Positions 58,501-64,000 of a DNA stretch of 64,000 nt are shown in pieces (the stretch's first letter is position 1; each line of letters opens with the position of its first letter). Made by a program: the position numbers and the translations under genes. A model generated the notes under the pieces. That model made no database searches. It worked only from the letters and a program-made list of their open reading frames with translations, and was not told the DNA's origin. Source of the stretch: Cladosporium halotolerans (taxonomy: Eukaryota); contig NW_027191497.1 of assembly GCF_011745625.1 (NCBI RefSeq), positions 62,001-126,000 of the forward strand. Reading direction: 5' to 3'.

Positions 58501-58604
58501 AGAACAACGGTCTGGGCAGCGCGACGGTGGGCCCGAGGCCTTTCGAGCAGTACAAGTGCTATTCTGGGCCGTTTGACTTTACCTTTCACTTGAAGTTGGT
58601 GTAG
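55560..58604 (+). CDS. Glycoside hydrolase family 2 beta-galactosidase (LacZ-like)
   Basis: Intronless 1014 aa. [41 protein letters not shown] (acid/base), CEYAHAMGN (nucleophile), AYGGDFGD and [12 protein letters not shown]. Confidence 0.95.
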   Translation: [1014 protein letters not shown]

Positions 58605-59031
58605 CTGAAGACTTCAGGTGGCGAGCAATGACTATGTAGCATGAAGATATGACGAAAATGAACAATATCTTGCATCACCTCGCGCTAAGAATGCGACACA
58701 GTCCAACCTGCCGCGCTTCTCAATGGCCAACCTGAATGAGTTTGCTGCTTCCCTCAAGCACAATACAACATTCTGGCTTAATGCCGGTGAAGTGAAGTCA
58801 ATGCGCGCTGTTTGTGCACGTGATCATCAAACAGCTTTCACTGTTGTCTGTCGCCTGATCAATATGAGCGCGCGCGCGCCCGACCTCTCCTTCAAAAGCG
58901 CGACTGTTTGCTCGTTTGCGCTTCCCACTCATATCCTTCATCGATTTTGTATCGGACTATACATTCAACGCTACCACACTCACCACCTCACACCTTTTGT
59001 CAATGCTACTCCACGGGTACGCATACGACAA

Positions 59032-60072
59032 ATGGCTTCCTTCAAAAGTCTCCCTCCGGAGATCCGCGAGATCATCTATGGCTACGCTCTCGCCTTCGAC
59101 ACGCCGTTGAGTCACGTCAACAGAATGCAGCCATTTGTCAAGAAGCTCACTGGAGTCGATGGAGAGATACCTGTGGCCTCGTGCTTCCTGCAATGGGATC
59201 CTGGAGTTCTCTCTGAGTCGACTGAAGAATGCAGCCTCGAGTCAGACAGCGAGCGCGACACCGAGCTCGACAGCGGCCCCAACAGTGAGCCTACAAGCGA
59301 TCACGGTGGCGATGTTGAAATAAACCACGACAGCGAATGCATCTCTAGATACGGTAGCGGCTCTGACCACGAAGATGAGCGGAATCGTGTCAACACTGCG
59401 ATCTTGACAGTCGACAAGCGTACCTACAAGGAAGCTATCGCCGTATTTTACAAGATCAACTTCATCCATTTTGACTTCGATCTTATCCACATGACGATGA
59501 CCTCTCCGCACGGGAGTGACCTATCTCTGGCAACTCGAGTGTTTACCAGGGCTGGAACTCCTCTGAAATCTCTCGAATACTTGCAGGTCATGCATACCGA
59601 CCGTGCCGTTGCGGCACTCAGTAACATGTTGCCAACGCTGTCCGAAGCCACTCTGCAGGTGACCACTGACTCCTCCTTTACGGCACTCTTGCAACTCTTC
59701 GAGTATGTCAGACAATGTCGCCTCGAGGCACCGCGTTTTAATGCTCGCTTTGATGGCGTTGGATCCGTGGCAGCAGATATTCACCCAAGGATCCACCTAG
59801 CTTTGAAGTACGATAAAATCGTACAGCATTGGCGGGAGTTGGCCAACGATCCCTATCCAGCTCAAAGCTGTCTCCTCAATTTTCCCAGTGCCCGCACTCT
59901 GAAACGCATGAAGGAAGACGGCCGCCTGGAACCCCATGGCCGTATTATGACGCTTCTGCAGAACGTCTACAATAGCTATTTGCTTGACGACATTTTTGAG
60001 GACGACGAGGACAGCTACGAATTCTGGACCGTGATTGAAGACTGGCTTGTCAACGCTGATATCAACAGCTGA
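59032..60072 (+). CDS. Hypothetical protein with N-terminal F-box-like LPxEIRxxIY motif
   Basis: MASFKSLPPEIREIIYGYAL...AILTVDKRTYKEAIAVFYKIN is a pattern common in lineage-expanded fungal hypothetical proteins. The ORF is open further upstream to 58723. Confidence 0.7.
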   Translation: MASFKSLPPEIREIIYGYALAFDTPLSHVNRMQPFVKKLTGVDGEIPVASCFLQWDPGVLSESTEECSLESDSERDTELDSGPNSEPTSDHGGDVEINHDSECISRYGSGSDHEDERNRVNTAILTVDKRTYKEAIAVFYKINFIHFDFDLIHMTMTSPHGSDLSLATRVFTRAGTPLKSLEYLQVMHTDRAVAALSNMLPTLSEATLQVTTDSSFTALLQLFEYVRQCRLEAPRFNARFDGVGSVAADIHPRIHLALKYDKIVQHWRELANDPYPAQSCLLNFPSARTLKRMKEDGRLEPHGRIMTLLQNVYNSYLLDDIFEDDEDSYEFWTVIEDWLVNADINS

Positions 60073-61626
60073 GACCAATGTTCAACCTCCGGCACTCTTC
60101 CGCAATCTTGCAGCGCATGCGATCTTCGAGGGAAAATGCAATCATGGCGAGTGGGCGGAGATGTAGCACTCTACATTCTCGTACGATAACGGAGGCCCAA
60201 GATTGTACTCCAATGAAGGAGACTTTGTAGAGGTTTCTCTCGACCACTATAGTCTTACGGGCAACCTCAGGATTCTGCGAGCTTGGTGATCACGCGCTGA
60301 ACGATCGATTATTTCTTGTTCTTGGAGCGAATTTGTAACGATCAACAATAGCGAAGCTCTGGGATGCGACACGGCTGAAGTTTTTCGATTCAAAGGGCTC
60401 TCCCATGTAGTTCAGATGTTCTGAGCTACTCGCATCACTCGTCAATGCGGACGGGAAATGACGATGCATTGAATTTCCGAGGATGGCAAGCCTGGTAGGT
60501 AAATAGTACATAGATGGAATTCATAAACTGTTGCATTTGAGGACATACAAGTGTCAGGGAATCTTTCAGAACTCACATACGAATCTCCGACTTCTCAGGC
60601 ATTCCAAGGGAAAAGTGCCCGGCTGCCCTCCCCTGCAATCCTGCAAACCCATATGGACACTCGAAGAGCCCGCGTGCTGGCCAAGCGATCAATCTCACAC
60701 GAACGCAAGGCCAGCACCACCTCGACGGCGGTTCGCCATCTCTGAGACACCTTTGCAGTGTGGCAAAGAAGTGCGACGTCCTTTTCATAGGAGAGTCCAC
60801 GTAGCGCAGGCTTTTAACTCAGCAGTGAAGATATGTCGTCGCCTTGCTAGACTCGCTCGGTACTGAAGGGAAAAGAAAGGAATAGTTCCAAGCAGACTTC
60901 CGGACAACCGAGCCACATGTCGAACGGAAGACGCAACACGAGTAGACGACAACGAACTCTCTCAATCAACGACCTCCCACCGCAAGAGCGCCGGCCAAAT
61001 GAGTATCCGCGGACTGACACAATTGCGATGTCACAGCGACGACAGTAAACCATCTCTGGAAGCGAGAAGCCGTTATCTTGCGGACCAATCGACAGTTGGA
61101 CGTCAGCGTGTGGGCTTGTTTCCGACTGGCGCAGTCTGCAGCTCACGGACACCGAGCAGCGCAGCAGATTCGATGATTGATGGTCGTGGCAAGCGGTCCT
61201 TAGCTTACGTAGGTGAAGGGAAGTCGGGAGCAGGTACTGCGGCGGTGAAGGTATGAGCCAGAAGGTCCTTATTATCGGTGAGCCCTGTCAAGGATCCAAT
61301 AGTCGACGCAGTCGACGCAACCATGAAGTTGTAAGGTTTAGGCCCTAAACAGGGTAAGATCTAGATTATACTCGGATCATTTCACGTCAGCTCGACATTT
61401 ACACATGACACATTAAAGTATGAGATTCTGAGACAGTTCTTTCTTTTTTTCGTGTCGCTCAAGCATGCTTTCATTTCATCTAGCGGCTCAGAGGCGTCCC
61501 GAAAAATAGAAGGGAAGCAAACATATTCTACCAACGCCGGTATACTCTCATGCCTGCCTGCCGACTAGCCTCTGTGCCACCAGCAGGGGTTTCCTCGAGA
61601 AGTAAAGTCCAACACACCTTCCACGC

Positions 61627-62545
61627 TTAAGCCTCGGTCTCGAAGGCGTCGGGGAAGCGGCGCATGTTGTACTCAAGGGGACCCTTGGAGCTGAGGAACT
61701 GGACGTAGGCACCGTCGACACGGACCTTGCCCTCCTGGCGCTTGGTAACGTACTCCTCGCGGCGGAGGGGGGTGAAGCCCCAGTTCTTGGAGACGATGAT
61801 CTTCTGGCGACCGGGGAACTTGTACTGGGAGCGACGGAGAGCCTCAATGACGTGAGCGCGGTCTGGGTTGTGGGTTAGTAATCTGCTTGGAGTGGCGGTT
61901 TTCGGTGGCGAAAAGGCTTACTGGAGTCGCGAGTACGGCAAGACAGGATGATCTGGCCGATGTTGACACGGGCGACAAGGCCGTTGGGCTTGCCGAACGC
62001 ACCACGCATACCGGTCTGCAGTCTATCGGCACCAGCGCACGACAACATCTTGTTGATGCGGACGACGTGGTACGGGTGGGCGCGGACGCGGAGGTGGAAA
62101 CCTTCCTTACCGGCGGTCTTCACCATGTACCTTGAAGTGTGTTAGTATTCGCTGTCCCTGGCGAAGGGTTTCGCTTGGTGGGCACATACTTGTTGGCGCA
62201 AATACGGGCAGCCTCGAGGGCCTCGGAGGAGACCTGCTCATACTCGTTGGAGACGAGGTGGACACAGAGAGGGAACTCGTCAACGTTGGCGCGCTTGCGG
62301 CCAAGGTCGAAGATGCGAATCTTGGGGTCCGGCACACCACGGTTGAAGCGCGACTTAGGGTACGGCTATTATCCAGGCAGTCAGTATGCGTTTTCTTCCT
62401 CGTCTTGCCTCCGCTCGCCGCCCATCTCGATTCCTTCTCTTGCGCTCCAGATTTTCGCTCGGTTTCATCGGTGGGCGGCGGTAGAGAAAATTGGCCGTAC
62501 CTTGTTCTTGCAGTAGCGGTAGCATCTCGCGGGACGACGGGCCAT
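61627..62545 (-). CDS. RPL10: 60S ribosomal protein L10 (uL16)
   Basis: Exons 62545-62501, 62365-62190, 62130-61922 and 61862-61627 give [37 protein letters not shown]...[24 protein letters not shown]. Confidence 0.97.
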
Positions 62546-63033
62546 TTTGACGGTATTTCGGTGGTCGATGGGCGTGGGAGAGGCGAAGTGAGTCGGATGG
62601 GTGACGTTCTCCTACAAAGGCACAGCGCTTCGCGAGTCTTGGCGGGCCGGCTTAGAAATGCAGTGTGGGAAGCGGCAAGTCCGTCAAGATCGTGGAAGGT
62701 GGGCCGAGCACGCGCGCAGAGCAGCCGAAAGCCCGATTTTGGGGCTCAGGCTTTTATTGTATGGTGGCAGTTATGCTTATAAACCAAGTCGGTGAATGTG
62801 CTTTGAAATCAAGAGAGCCAAGCATATGTGAATCACAGTACTGCAGTCAAAACGGCCAGAAGGCACGGTTGTATTGGAACCAAAAAGCATGGGTATCTAC
62901 GCTATTTGCCCTTCGCCCGGGCGAACACCACCGAGCGCCAGTCCATCTTGACCTCGCTAGGGCGTTCAGTCCACAGGCCGGACTTGCCTCTTCCAAACGC
63001 TTTGACTACTTGCTCGAATCACCCGACGATAAT

Positions 63034-63582
63034 CTACTGGGTGTTGGCAGACAGGATGTCGGAGTCACCGGCGTCGAGGATGGCCATGGTGGAGCAACGG
63101 AAGAGCTTACCGCAGGCGGTACCAAGCTCGATCTGCATTACGGATTCAAGTCAGCCATTTGGTCCCTCCAAAGTCTCTATTGCAGAGAGCTTCTTCTCAG
63201 GGCTCCAGAGTATCAATGTCCTCCAGAGCCACAATCAAAGCTCCTTCGCAAGACATGCGATTTTTTTCTCCTCAATCGGGTATGGAACGTACGTTGTTGC
63301 CGGTGAAGTGGTGGACGGCGGTCTTGCCGAGCATGGAGTAGTACTCGAGCTCAGACTTGCGGAGAGGCGGGGTGTTGCCAGCAATGATGATGAGCTTGGC
63401 CTTGCCGGAGCGGAGGGCCTTGAGGGTGGACTTGTAACCCAGAGTGACCTTGCCGGACTGTGGAAATTCGGTCAGTTTTGCGCTTCGTCTTTTGGCTGCT
63501 CGCAAAGGGAGCGCACCTTGATAGTCAGCGCCAGCTTGGCGTTGATGCTGTCAGCGGTCTTCGCGCCCTTCTTCGGTGCCAT
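63034..63582 (-). CDS. RPL30: 60S ribosomal protein L30 (eL30)
   Basis: Exons 63582-63517, 63457-63293 and 63132-63034 give [24 protein letters not shown]...[14 protein letters not shown]...[14 protein letters not shown]. Confidence 0.97.
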
Positions 63583-64000
63583 TGTGATGGTATTTGGGGG
63601 TTGTCGGGGGCGGTTTGGTCGAGGTCGTCGGTGGTCGTTTGGCTGCTGGGTTCAGAGAGCGAGAATTCGGCGTTGTGTGCGAGCAAAAGTTCGGCTGGGG
63701 AGGACGCAGGCCGCGGGATGTGTGCTGCGCAACATGCTCATAAATTCGGCACAGTCACGTGATTTGCCTCCGTCACGCATCGACCAGCATGCTCTTGCGA
63801 GTGAAGTGTTGCACTACCTTACTGAGGTTGGAATGTGGTCACTAAATTGAAGACAGATTGCAGGATAACAGGTGATTCACGTCGTCATGTCTGCGCCCAC
63901 CAGTCTTCCTTTCCGTGGCGCATGCCGTTGTGAAGATGGCTGCCCCAACCCGGGATCACATGTCCGTCACCGAGTAGACGGCCGGCATGCACGTAATCTC

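Noticed and set aside
55560..58604. Recent bacterial transfer of lacZ
   Set aside because: Intronless, but fungal GH2 beta-galactosidases are widespread, codon usage looks host-like and no mobility features flank it. A phylogeny would be needed.
60073..61620. Short ORFs between the hypothetical gene and RPL10
   Set aside because: No motifs, consistent splice signals or transposon hallmarks.

Overview
Gene-dense, GC-rich eukaryotic DNA from a filamentous ascomycete (short GT-AG introns with CTRAC branch sites; the protein sequences suggest a Dothideomycete, which is inference). I reconstructed 21 protein-coding genes by hand: UFD1, BMT2, a PIN4/Cip2-like RRM-R3H protein, a peroxisomal acyl-CoA dehydrogenase, an RCF3-like protein, a YBT1-like ABCC transporter, ADE12, SAC3, a DUF2841/YDR124W-like protein, YCF1, NDUFA12, PGS1, an SDR, UreF, LTV1, LSG1, GPI19, NTA1, a GH2 beta-galactosidase, RPL10 and RPL30, plus two hypothetical genes. 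I found no tRNA, rRNA, CRISPR array or intact transposon. The most striking signal is splicing architecture in YCF1. A 120-nt intervening sequence (34531-34650) only restores the frame as a spliceosomal twin intron (stwintron, [D1,2], alternatively [A2,3]). It sits in a 1.65-kb cluster of long, hairpin-rich introns, 30- and 38-nt mini-exons and a cryptic donor that would create a premature stop. Other observations: a GH2 enzyme that looks secreted but whose signal-like peptide lies one frame off (ATGA overlap), a 7-nt micro-exon, a GC-AG intron and structured ribosomal-protein introns. All exon boundaries and RNA pairings were read by eye.
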